Below, in pieces: positions 52,270 through 63,000 of a stretch of DNA of 64,000 bases. The stretch is from Phaeosaccion multiseriatum (Eukaryota > Protista > Ochrophyta, other classes). The DNA lies in contig OZ218965.1 in the NCBI GenBank assembly GCA_965112735.1, forward strand, positions 1,922,001 through 1,986,000. The letters are read 5' to 3'. The notes under the pieces were generated by a model. The model worked only from the letters and a program-made list of their open reading frames with translations, searched no databases and was not told where the DNA came from. Position numbers and translations under genes: made by a program. Position 1 is the stretch's first letter, and each line of letters begins with the position of its first letter.

Positions 52270-52879
52270 TGACCATGAGGATCTCTACGTGAGCGATGGC
52301 GTCAGTAAGGCGAGAAGTGTCCCCCATGTGCTGGTGGGCGAAGGGCGCCCCAACCAAGCCTCGTCGAGCCGGTTCTCGGCCCACAGGATTGCCGCCCCTG
52401 TCGCTTCTGCTCTGTATGAGGGGCATGGTACTGCCCTTGACTCGCTCTTGTCTCCAGCTCTACACCCTTCCCGCCTTGCTGAAGCTCATGTCCCGGGCCG
52501 GAGTCAGCGACGCTTCTTCTTTCTTGGCACCACAGCTGGTCCTCCTTTTGTCCTGTCTCGTCCACCGCTCCTACCCTGGGACTGTCCTCTCTCTGGGATG
52601 TGCTGTGGTTACTATCTCTTGATCTCTTTACAGATATTGTCGTTCAAGAGTGCCAACGGTTCCATCCATTGACTTAAAAGTGTGCCCATATGCTGCATAT
52701 CCACGCTTGCCAAGATTCTGAAACGCTGCGCACGTGCCTCAGCTGTGCTTAGAGAAAAGGTGAGCATTATGTACAACGGCGTCAAGCCCAGGCCGGGAGG
52801 AGGCAGGGAGCAAGTGGAGAATGCAAGCTTCCTACTGACATTTTGTCCTTTTCCCTTCCACCAGACAGACAACAGGATT

Positions 52880-54250
52880 ATGGAGGAGGAAAAAGTGGAG
52901 CGCACGCTGCTCATCACGCTGGCCCTGCCGGGACTCAGGCTGCTCACACGTGATCTCTGCGCCACAGTATGTGTCATCCTTCGTGCTTGAGGGCGAGGCA
53001 GACGGCGACGCAGAGGACGGGGCAGAGGGCGAGGCAGACGAGGAGGCAGGCAGCAGGAGAGACAGGCAGCAGCCATCCACCTGAGGGCGGCACATGCTGC
53101 AGCGTGGAGAACAAGGGTCAGCAACCTGAGTCCCGGTACAGCTGAAGTAGGGAGGACGATCCGTGCTACACCCCGTGCTTGAGCTGCACCGGGACTTGCA
53201 TGTGTCGTCCTTCGTGCTTGAGCTGTCGTGGGACTCAGGTTGCACACCCATGGTCTCTGCCTGCGCCTCCCGTACAGTGCCAATGCCCGCGCCGCGCAGC
53301 AGTTACGAACCTGGCTCGATGGTGTGGTGTCGGGGGAGGCAGCGGCGTGCTCTTGCTCTACAGGTAAGGAGTTGGCCTCTCCTGCAGCCCCCGCCCCTGC
53401 CAGAACAAAAAAAAAGGGCACCGACATCAATGGATAATGGTGGAGGCGAGGATGTGGGGAAGCAGCCTAAGGCAGCGGTGGATAAGCACATACCCCACCA
53501 CTCCACCAGGGGAGGGCACCGCCGACCGCGTCACTGGATACTGGGGCGGCGGGGGGGGGAGGCAGCGGAGGTTTAGCCACTCCGCCATTCTGGCCCTTTA
53601 CCCGCCCCGGCCGACGCCGACAACGATGTCAGCCGCCAGGAGTATCGCCTCAGTCACAGCCACCGCCAGCAGGAGGGCCTGCAGCAGCTGCTGTGGCCGC
53701 ACGGCCACGACTCAGGCCCAGACGCTCGCCCCCCCGGCGAGGCCGTTGTGTTATTGAAAACCAAATTCTACGAATCGATGGTTTCTCAGGAAGACCACGT
53801 TGCCTCCACCACGACGGCAGATGCGAGTGGCAACCAGGAAAAACGGAGGGGGGGGGGGCGGAGGCAGCAGAGGAGGAGGGATACGCACCAGAGGGCCGGG
53901 CAGAGGGCGAGGCAGGCAGAGGGCGAGGCAGCTAGAGGCAGCATTCCAGAACGGAGGGCGGCACATGCTGTAGCGGAGAGAACAAGGGTCAGCAACCTCA
54001 GGCCCGGTACAGCTCAAGCAGGGAGGACGAGACGTGCTGTAGCGGCCGGCAGAGGTCACGAGTGCCCACCAGCCCCTGTCCCACGACAGCTCGAGCACGG
54101 AGGACGGCACGTGGTGCAGCGCAGAGATCACGGGTGAGCAACCTGTCTGAGTCCCGATACTGCTCAAGCATGGAGGACGAGACGTACTGTAGCTCACAGC
54201 ACAAGGGTCAGCAACCGCAGCAGCTGCGAACCTGGCTCGATGGCGGGGTG
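52880..54250. repeat. Degenerate local duplication with direct and inverted ~60-70-bp sub-repeats
   Basis: 53083-53160 resembles 53955-54030 (direct); 52930-52963 resembles 54118-54156 (inverted); 53200-53235 resembles 54077-54112 (inverted). Confidence 0.7.
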
Positions 54251-54640
54251 AGCGCGAACGACCATATTCTTTCGGAGGAGCGCGGTGTGCCAGTCCAGTG
54301 CCCGCACGCATTGCCGGCACCATCGGGTTGATGCCTCTTCAGGTCGAGCAGCGGAATCCGGAGCAGCAAGCGGCTATACATCATTGGGTAAGCTCAGCAG
54401 CTCCAGTTCCTAATGTAAACTTATGTAAGTATGTACTAAGTACACGTCAGCCGCTTTTGGCTGTGTGTGGGCCGTGTTGTTAGCCATCAAGTGGCTGTCT
54501 CTATATAAACATTAAAACATACTCCACAGCAACTACTACCTACAGTCCAGCATCTGAATATCACAGCTTGCTTGACAGTTCCCCTCCTGTAAGCTCCGCT
54601 CACGATCTTGTCAGCGCAGTACTACTAACAAGTATTTGCA

Positions 54641-55392
54641 CTAAAAATAATGGCCTATGAGGATTCCAGATGAGATCACAAGAAGGCCACCACCAACCAC
54701 TTGAAGAGTGGCTAGCCATACTTGTGTTTGCATGTACCTAACCTGCAAATATGCAGCTACAAGAAGTAAAATTAGCGTAAGCGTGATGGACAGAGCAATC
54801 GCATGGTTTGGTTCATGGAGAAGGAATGGCAGGGTAGCTGATAGTCCGCCAGCCATTGTCATGATGCCGCAGGAAAGACCGCGTTTAACTGGCGAGCCTC
54901 GACCAGATACGTGGCCATCATCAGCGCATGCTTCCGTCCAGCCCATTGAAAGGCCCGCAGCAATTGTAGCCCCAAATCCAATCACAAAGGTCTGGTAGGT
55001 GTCGCGTGTCGAATACGCTGTTACGAGTAAGAGGCCCAGTATAGAGGCCAGACCATCCATAAGGCCCGCGACACCTGGTTGGATATACAGGAGCACCAGC
55101 TCTGCCTCCTGTTTGTCATCATGTGTCAACATGCCCGCTTCTTCGTCTCCTGAATCACTGCCATCAGGAGTTCGCTTGCAAGCGGAATCCTTGTCTTCGT
55201 CTGCCAGATTTTCACTAGTGAGCCACCTGCGAAGTAAGTGTGAGCGCAACACGGGAAGAGGAGAGCCCGGTCAGCTCGTCATGTAGAAAAGGAAGGGATG
55301 TAGTAGAAGGATTTGGTTGGTTACCCAACCTACCAACTTGGTGATGCCCAAGGAACTTTGCCTGACTGCATGATGTACGCCCGCTTCATCAT
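54641..55392 (-). CDS. VIT1/CCC1-family iron transporter, bacterial MbfA-type membrane domain (~214 aa)
   Basis: YIQPGVAGLMDG...AAGLSMGWTEACADDGHVSGRGSPVKRGLSCGIMTMAGG...TLPFL...RYM...LQVVGGGLLVISSGILIG matches the MbfA C-terminal domain signature. Exons 55392-55334 and 55226-54641 (GT..AG, phase 2); exon 1 is less certain. Confidence 0.85.
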
Positions 55393-55728
55393 CTTGCTTG
55401 CGTGCTGTTGTGGGTAGAGACGAGGGTGAGCTGATGTGCGGAGGATGATGTTGGGGGATGGTGAGATCAGCCAGCCGCGCCGTGAGCCGTGGGTTCAACC
55501 GTTTAGCCCCCATTGACTTATAAATATGCCCATATGCCTGTAACCAACTCCTCGCAATACCCTCATACCCCGCGGCACAGAAAAAAAATCAAAAAGAACG
55601 GCTTGAGGAGCCGCGGGAATATTTTCCAAATATTTGACAGCTGATGGTAGGGTACTGATAGAAAATAGAAGCAAGCTCCTCTCAAGGCGGGGAAAGGGTC
55701 TCCCGAGATTAAGTAACCACCCCCCTTA

Positions 55729-55790
55729 TATTGTTTAGGCGTTGGCTCTATTGTTTAGGAGGGGGCTGTATTGTTTAGGCGAGGGGCTCT
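55729..55790. repeat. 3 x ~20-bp tandem repeat (tattgtttagg core)
   Basis: Direct observation. Confidence 0.8.
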
Positions 55791-57078
55791 TAATGACCGG
55801 TTATTCGTTATTCGGCAGCTTCCGTGCTACCGAGCAATTCTCGGTCTCGGTAGTATAGCTAACAGGAGGAGAAGCGCCTGGCGGTAACAGGTAGCACGCC
55901 AGCGCACCGCTAGCAGCTGGCTCACGCCGGCGGTGGCAGCTGATGGTTGGCCGGCCGGCCGGCCAGTCGGCCGGTAGCAGGTCAAGGCCGGCTGACGCCG
56001 GCGGTAGCAGGTAGCACAATGGTGATGCCGGCGGTAGCACGTAGCACGTCAGGGGTCGAGGTTATTATATTAGCCCCTAACTTTGTGTTACTATCTACCG
56101 CAGGAACTCTATCTATGAGAGATCCACAGATGGCGGCGCGTGTGGGTGCGCGCGCCCCCTCCTAGGGATCCCCTTGGCCAAATGCGGCGGCTTTTCATAG
56201 GCCACTAGCTAGCTACGCGCGCGTCGTGGTTCGGCCCTCCAAACAGGGGGGGGGGAGAAACTGGAGACCACAGGAGGGCGCGATTTTTGGGCTGCTTTTG
56301 CCACAAATTAGAAGTGGCGCATAGGTATCGACGCGGGCGACAGCCGGAGCGAGAGAGGCGTTGAATTTCGTCTCGTCATCTAATGCTCCTTTTCTCCCCA
56401 CTTCCTCTGCCTGCTGTTCCTCTTCCTCGCTGCGGCCTTCTCCCGCCGACTCTCGGCTGCCGTTTTCTCCTCGTCCGTCAGCCCTGCCTCTTTCTGCTCC
56501 CTCTTCTTCTTGGTCTCTTGCTGCCCCTTCTCCTTGGCCTTCTGAAGCTTCCGTCGCTTGCGCTGGTCTGCGCTGATCAGGGGAGCTTCCATCCCTACGC
56601 TTTGTGCCGGCTGCTCTGCAGCTCCTGCTGCTGCTGCTCCCCTGAGCTGCCATCCCTGCGGTTGACGAAGGTCGCTGTCCATCCGCGTCTTCCGCTCTTG
56701 TGCCGCTCTCTAACGCCGATGAAGGGCCTGCAGCATCCACCCCCTAGGGGAGCACCGGCTCTGAGAAGCTCCACAGCAACATCTTTACATCCTTCTTTAC
56801 CCTTCATAATAATCGTTACATGCTACAAAATTCCCCGCACTGGGTGCTGCTGATTGATCGACTGAGCGTCAGCTTCCCTCCTGCCTGAGCCCTCCATGGC
56901 AAAACAAGTGACGCGCACCGCACCGCATCTCCAATAAGCTCGATCAAACTAGCCTGCTGCAGGTGCAGGCTCCCTCCCTCCCCATTACATGACCCATCCC
57001 TTGCCTACTCCAAACAAGGCTCCTCCCTCCAGTTCAAGGCCTCGATACAGGGGCTCCTCCCTGCCTAATACTGCCTGA

Positions 57079-58724
57079 CTACCTGGGGTCTGGGGTCATT
57101 CGCAAGTAGGGCTCAATGACTGTGGTGACGCCCTTGGGGAAGCGCTCAGCTGCTTGCTCGTCGGACACATTGGGGGGCACGACACAGTCCCCCCCTGCCT
57201 CCCAACCCGCAGGGGTGGCCAGCTCTTGGTTGGAAGTGAGCTTGAGAGAGTCAACCACCCTGAGGATCTCCTTCCCGCTGCGGCCGGTGGAAGCCTGAGA
57301 GCCGAGGACACAAGCACCCAAGGGCGAGGGAGGGAGATGGGAAGGGGGGCGAAAAAGAGGAGGAATCAGGGATGCATGAAGGACGAGGAGGACGAGGAGG
57401 AGGAGGAGGAGGAGGAGGAGGAGGAGGAGGAGGAGGAGGAGGAGGAGGAGGAGGAGGAGGAGGAGGAGGAGGAGGAGGAGGAGGAGGAGGAGGAGGAGGA
57501 GGAGGAGGAGGAGGAGGAGGAGGAGGAGGAGGAGGAGGAGGAGGAGGAGGAGGAGGAGGAGGAGGAGGAGGAGGAGGAGGAGGAGGAGGAGGAGGAGGAG
57601 GAGGAGGAGGAGGAGGAGGAGGAGGAGGAGGAGGAGGAGGAGGAGGAGGAGGAGGAGGAGGAGGAGGAGGAGGAGGAGGAGGAGTGGGGTGTCTCAGCTC
57701 CGTCCATTTGCCGGCTAGTCGCCCTCCTCCCCGCCTTCCTGTCCCCGCTCCGTGCTGCTGGTTCCCCTTCTACTGTCAGAGGCGAGGCCCCATGCACGCT
57801 TCTCATCAATGACTTACAGGGTAGGTGAGAGTGAGCCTCAGCTTCTTACTGTCGTCGATGACAAAGACGCTCCTGACAGTGAGGGGCAGGCCCTTGTCGT
57901 CCTTGTGGTTCTGATCGAGCATGTTGTACAGCACAGATACTTCACGTGCCTCATCGGCGAAGATTGGAAAGGGCACTTCCGAGACGCCTTGTGTGCGAAC
58001 AATGTCTTGGTGGGATAAAGTGAGAGCGGCAACGGATAGGGGGAGGGGGGATGAGGCGACAGAGGTGGGGTGGGGGTTGAGGTCCTGTCTGATTGCTCAC
58101 CTTCGATCCACTGCTTGTTCTTGTCTGCGGCATCGCAGCTGAAGCCCGCGAGCTTGACGCCTTTCGCGGCAAACTCTGGGGCCATTTTCGCCATTGTTGC
58201 CATCTTGAGAAGATTAGAGGGACGGCAGAGGGGAGGGAGGGAGACAGGTGGGAGGAAGGGCGAGAGAGATCGCAGAGGGGGTAGAGGGGGATCAGAGGGG
58301 CGGAAAAGCTGTGCACAGAAGGGGCGGGAATAGCTCTCCTGTAGACCTACCTCTGTGGTGCAGACGGGGGTCAGCGCCGCGGGATGGCTGGGGCCAGGTG
58401 GGGAGGGATGCAAGAGAGAAGGAGCAAAGTGAGAAGCGAAAGCAAGAAAATCATCGAAGGAAAACAGGGGGAGCGAGGGGCGATTTTCTCAAGGAATGTC
58501 TTTCTTTTTCTCTGGAATAACCAAAGATCTTCACCTGAAGAGCACGACCCACTCGTCACCCATGTACTCATAGAGGGAAAGCTTTCCCTGGGTGGAGTCC
58601 AGCGTGAAGTCCGGGCATGTGTCGCCTAAGAGCAGGGGGGGGGGAGGGCAGAAATAATTTAGAACTCCTCATCCTCATTTGAAGATGCTCTGCGCTCACC
58701 AAGTCGTATGTTCCACGTCGACAT
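57079..58724 (-). CDS. PRDX6: 1-Cys peroxiredoxin (Prx6 subfamily), ~219 aa
   Basis: Exons 58724-58700, 58625-58535, 58387-58351, 58203-58101, 58005-57818, 57294-57079 give MSTWNIRLGDTCPDFTLDSTQG...WVVLFSHPAALTPVCTTE...LPLTVRSVFVID...LTYPASTGRSGKEILRVVDSL...ATPAGW...PYLRMTPDP. Confidence 0.95.
57394..57684. repeat. Pure (GAG)~97 trinucleotide repeat in the last peroxiredoxin intron
   Basis: 291 nt of uninterrupted repeat. Confidence 0.95.
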
Positions 58725-60009
58725 TGCTCCCACGAGGATATGAGCAAAGGGTGTGTCCCTTTAAAAGGCAGGGTGAGGGCTGTGGGGGGGGGGGGGGGTA
58801 ATAGTGGGGCGGGGCAAAATGGCGGGGAGCGGGATAGTTTCAGTTTCAGTTTCAGACGGGGAAAGACCACTTTTGGTCGATTCGATTTTGGATATCGATT
58901 TTGTGCTGCTGGCTCCGCCGATGAAGGGAGAGCCCCGTGATGGAGAGGCGCTCGTCAGGGCAGGAGGCGTATGAGGCGTCCGAGTAGGCCACCAGCTGCA
59001 GAGGGTCACTGAGATAGGATGGAGCAGAGTAAAATGTGAGCGACCGCCTCCTGGTGTGCGACTGTGGGAGCGTGCGTCAGCTCAGACATAGCCCTCACAG
59101 CGTTCATGATGCCCGGTCGGCACACTCCGCTGATGTACTGCAGCACTCCGACGTTGGTGCGGTTCTGCTCCAGCTCCTAGAGAGAGAGGAGCTGATCTGT
59201 GGGTCGGAGGTAGCGGTAAGGAAGACTTGTGGGGGGAGCGAGGGTAGTAGGGATGGTGTGGTGGTAGCTAGTCATCGCTCGGCCAGCGCTCTGAGGCATT
59301 CCCTCGTGGCGACGCAACAGCAGCCTACGCAGCGCTTCGCAGCGTGTACGACTCAGTCAGCCTTTTCACTCTCTCCTCTAGACTAGCTACCATGGAGAAG
59401 ACTCTCAGCTTGGAGGTAGACATGACGAAGAGCCCTCCGGAGTACTTCTCGGAGGTGGACCATCATCAGGCTCGCCTGGCGCGCATGGCTGGGCGCGCAG
59501 TTTGGCTACGCCACCCTCATGGAAGAACCTGGGCACTTGGCTGCGTTCGAGCGCCACCATAAGACGCTTATGGTGGGACTATGATTTGGGGTGTGGTGCG
59601 AATGGTGTTTCGACCTTGCTACGGGAGTATGTGTGCGACTACAGTCTCTGGTCTTTGTCGCAAGGGAGGATATCATAGTGTGTGTGACATAGAAGATTCA
59701 TTGACTTACGGACCGAATGCCAGGGGTGACTGTGGAGCTACTTAGCTCCGTCTGCCCCTAGGCTCTACGTGGTCAACACGTGCGTAGGAAAAGAGTGCCC
59801 GCGCTGCGAGGAAGTGGCAACTTGGATTTGGGGAGAGAGCACAAGCGTGTTCAGCCCTGCTGGTGCCTATTATCACACTCCAAACTCCAGAAGGAAGCGG
59901 CCATCGTACAATAAGAAGCATGCCGAAGCGAGGCTAGCTACCAGCATGGAGAAAGACCGCAACCTACACGCACCAGAGAAGATGAGTCGAGTGCCGGTAG
60001 CTAGCACGC

Positions 60010-63000
60010 TCAGCGACCACCGGACTGCGCGGCCTCCACACTGCAGCTGCGGAGGGACGCGCCCGTGACCACGAAGCTTCCCTCCACTGCCGCGCCCTTA
60101 ATGCCGAATGCGCTTGGGAGGAGAATATCGTCCACCACAGCGCTGACGCTGCACGTCGTAGGGCCCGTGCTATCGACGGCACACGCCTGCTTGGCCAGGA
60201 GTGCGTAGGCGTCTCCGTCTTGCTGTATGTACACCTCCACAACTCGCTCCTCGCCGGCCTCAATGGCGGCGACTGTATACGTGATCGTGTACACCTGGCC
60301 GGCGACGGGGATGTCCAAGGCCTGGTACAGCTGCATGTGCCAATCCCTTTCCGCCGCCGTCTGGACGCTGTACAGGGCTCCGCTGCTCGTGGCGGTAATG
60401 CTGCCCTCCAGGGAGGTGTCTTCGGTCCTGACGTATGTGTTCCAAGAGCCCAGGCCGGCGTCGAAGTCCGGGTTGGGCAAAAGGTTGGCGGTGCTGGAGG
60501 GGCAGCTCAGGGGGGCCTCCGGCGGAGTCACACACAGCGCGGCCCCCGTCAGAGTGTACTTCCCCCCCTCCTCTCTGGCGGCTTCGTGCTCGAAGCCGAA
60601 CTTGATCGGCACGTTCACGTCGTCAAGCACCGCGGAAGCCGTACACACCGTTGTCGAGCCGAAGCCCCCGGGCTCACCAACGGAGCACTTTGTCCTGCCG
60701 AACACGTCATACAGGCCTCCGTTCTGCTGGATGTACGCCCGCCCGGCGCCTCCCTCGCCAGCCGCGGCCTCCATCACAAAGGTCAGAGTATACACTTGCC
60801 CGGAGACGCGCACGGCGACGGTCTGGAAGATTTGCATGTGCCAGTCGCTCTGGCCAGGCGTCTCGATGTCGAACAAGGCTCCGCTGCCCGCGTCCGTGAT
60901 GCTCCCCGCGAGGGAGGTGTCGGTCTTCTTGACGAAGATTGACCAACGCTCCAGGCCGCCGGCGAAGCCCGGGTTGCGCAAAAGGTTCACGCTGCCAGCG
61001 GGGCAGATCGGAACCGGCAGGACGGGCGGGACTGTGGGGTCTGTGGTTGGGACTGTGGACAGCGAAGATTGTCCATACATCCAGGGACATCGGGGGGGGG
61101 GGGCAAAAAAACAAAGAGGTATGAGGGCGGAGGGGGGGCAGGAGGCGGGAGGGGGGCATAAACGGCGAAGGTAGGGAATAAGGCGGAAGCAAGCAAGCTC
61201 CCATTTCTCTTACCTCCACACTTGATGGTGTCAGCGGGGCTATTGGTGATGCAAGCAAGGCCGAAGGGGGCGCCGGGGGGTGCAGAGGCAGGGAAGGAGT
61301 GAACGGCAGGCAAGCGAGAATGAGGAGGCGACACACAAGGGGGCGGGCGGGATGACGAAAGAGAGCCAGTGCGAAGGAGTGGGCAGTAGGTGCTCGTGCG
61401 GTGGGAGGCACAGACAGGGCCGCGAGATAAAGGGCCATGGCCTGGCTGGTTACGACGTGCACACCCCGCATAGTCAGCTAGCTCTACCTGCGACAACGTA
61501 CCAGTACGGACCGCCGCAGCATGATGCTGGACTGATGTTCTGTGGGTCAAGGCCGAGGGAAGAGCGCGGCAGAGAGACGGACGGTTACAATGGTAGGCCT
61601 ATGCTCACTTAGCTAGCCCCCAACCTCTCGTCAGCCATGACAGCCCCACCCACCTGGATAGAAACGCAGGCCTCGCTAGTCTCGCACGTTACGGAGGCCT
61701 GGTGGAACAAAAGACCCTGCAGGTGCAAAGGTTGGGGGCGGGGGCGACGGCGAGAGCAATGCAGCAGCCAGTGGAAAGCATTGCTTTTGAGGAGGGTGGC
61801 ATCAAGTGCTGAAAGCGCTGCATCATGGACGACCAGTAGTGTAATCGACTTACACTGCACGAACTTCGCCCGCTGCATGTCAAGTGAGCGGTGCACTCAT
61901 CTGCTCCTTCCCAGCAATAGCTGGCGGAGGTGGCACTCAGCGTGGTGGCACAATCCCAACAAAGTTCCACAGGCTGTGGAGCGAAAAGCAGTGAGTGACA
62001 GAGTAAGCATCGATAAGCAAGCAAGTCGAGGGAAACAAACAAGTGGAGGAGGCCACGGGTTGCTTAGGACGGAGGAAAGGAACGAGCGAGGCATAACAGT
62101 GCTGTTTATTGTGGTTGGAGGCCCGGGCACACAGCATTGGGTGGTTTGTGTCATAAAACGCGCCCGTGGATACTCCGAAAGAACCATGGCATGCGGATGG
62201 TGACAGAAGCAACAGATAGATTTTGGCCAGGCGGTAGGAGCGAAGCAAGCAACTGGTGGTGCCTGATACTCACATTACAGGACTGAAGGCCTTCGCAGGT
62301 GGCGGACGACGAGTCCACAAAAAAGCCATACTGTGTGGCGTAGAAGAGTAGTAGGAGAGGGGGGGTGGGAAGAGCAGAGAGCAGGACAGGAGTTCGGAGG
62401 GCGTAAGAGGCTTCTTGCTGCCGTGCAGGGCAGGCACGAGCAAGGCACCGAAGGAGCGACTTGGAGACGAGCAGCGGCAGGACAGGGGGGAGGGAGACAC
62501 GGACATCATGGCACTGACTGGGCACGCCGCGAGAGCGGAATTGCTTGTTTTGCTGCCACTCGTCCTCACCATACAGGAATAAGGGCCTTCGCAGGAAGCT
62601 GTCGAGGCCTCATTAAGCATGATGTACTTGTATGGTGCAGAGAGTAGCAGAGGGGGGGTGGGAAGAGCGGAGAGCAGGGCGGCAGTGAGAGTGCGTAACT
62701 AAGGCTCGGAAGGGAAGAAGGCACTGGAGTAGCGAGAAGGGGCGAGCAGGAGCAGGTAGCGAGCATTGCCACAGCAAGGCGAAATCAAGACAAGACGGCA
62801 AAATAGAGGACCACGGCTTCGAGGTTAGGCCTGCACATGGGGCGGAGATGTGGTCGAGCACTGCGCCACCCCGGGCCACAGCATCGACCGAGAAGAGCAC
62901 GGCATGAGCAGCCAGCACAGGCAGCAAGAGGGAGACACAGACTTGCTGGGCACGCTGCGATGGGACTTATTGTCGTGCCCTGTCTGCCCCATTCTCACCG

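Noticed and set aside
56200-56225. CTAG plus GC palindrome as a Helitron 3' end
   Set aside because: The hairpin is too short, no matching 5' TC end or Rep/helicase was seen, and the other copies of the repeat do not share this terminus.
57154-57828. Poly-Glu/poly-Gly/poly-Ser ORFs
   Set aside because: Translations of the (GAG)n tract inside a peroxiredoxin intron.
59036-60005. Short + strand ORFs with coding-like composition and a CxxC (possible pseudogene or transposon relic)
   Set aside because: Fragmented by stops, with no recognisable domain or consistent splice model. It cannot be supported without a homology search.
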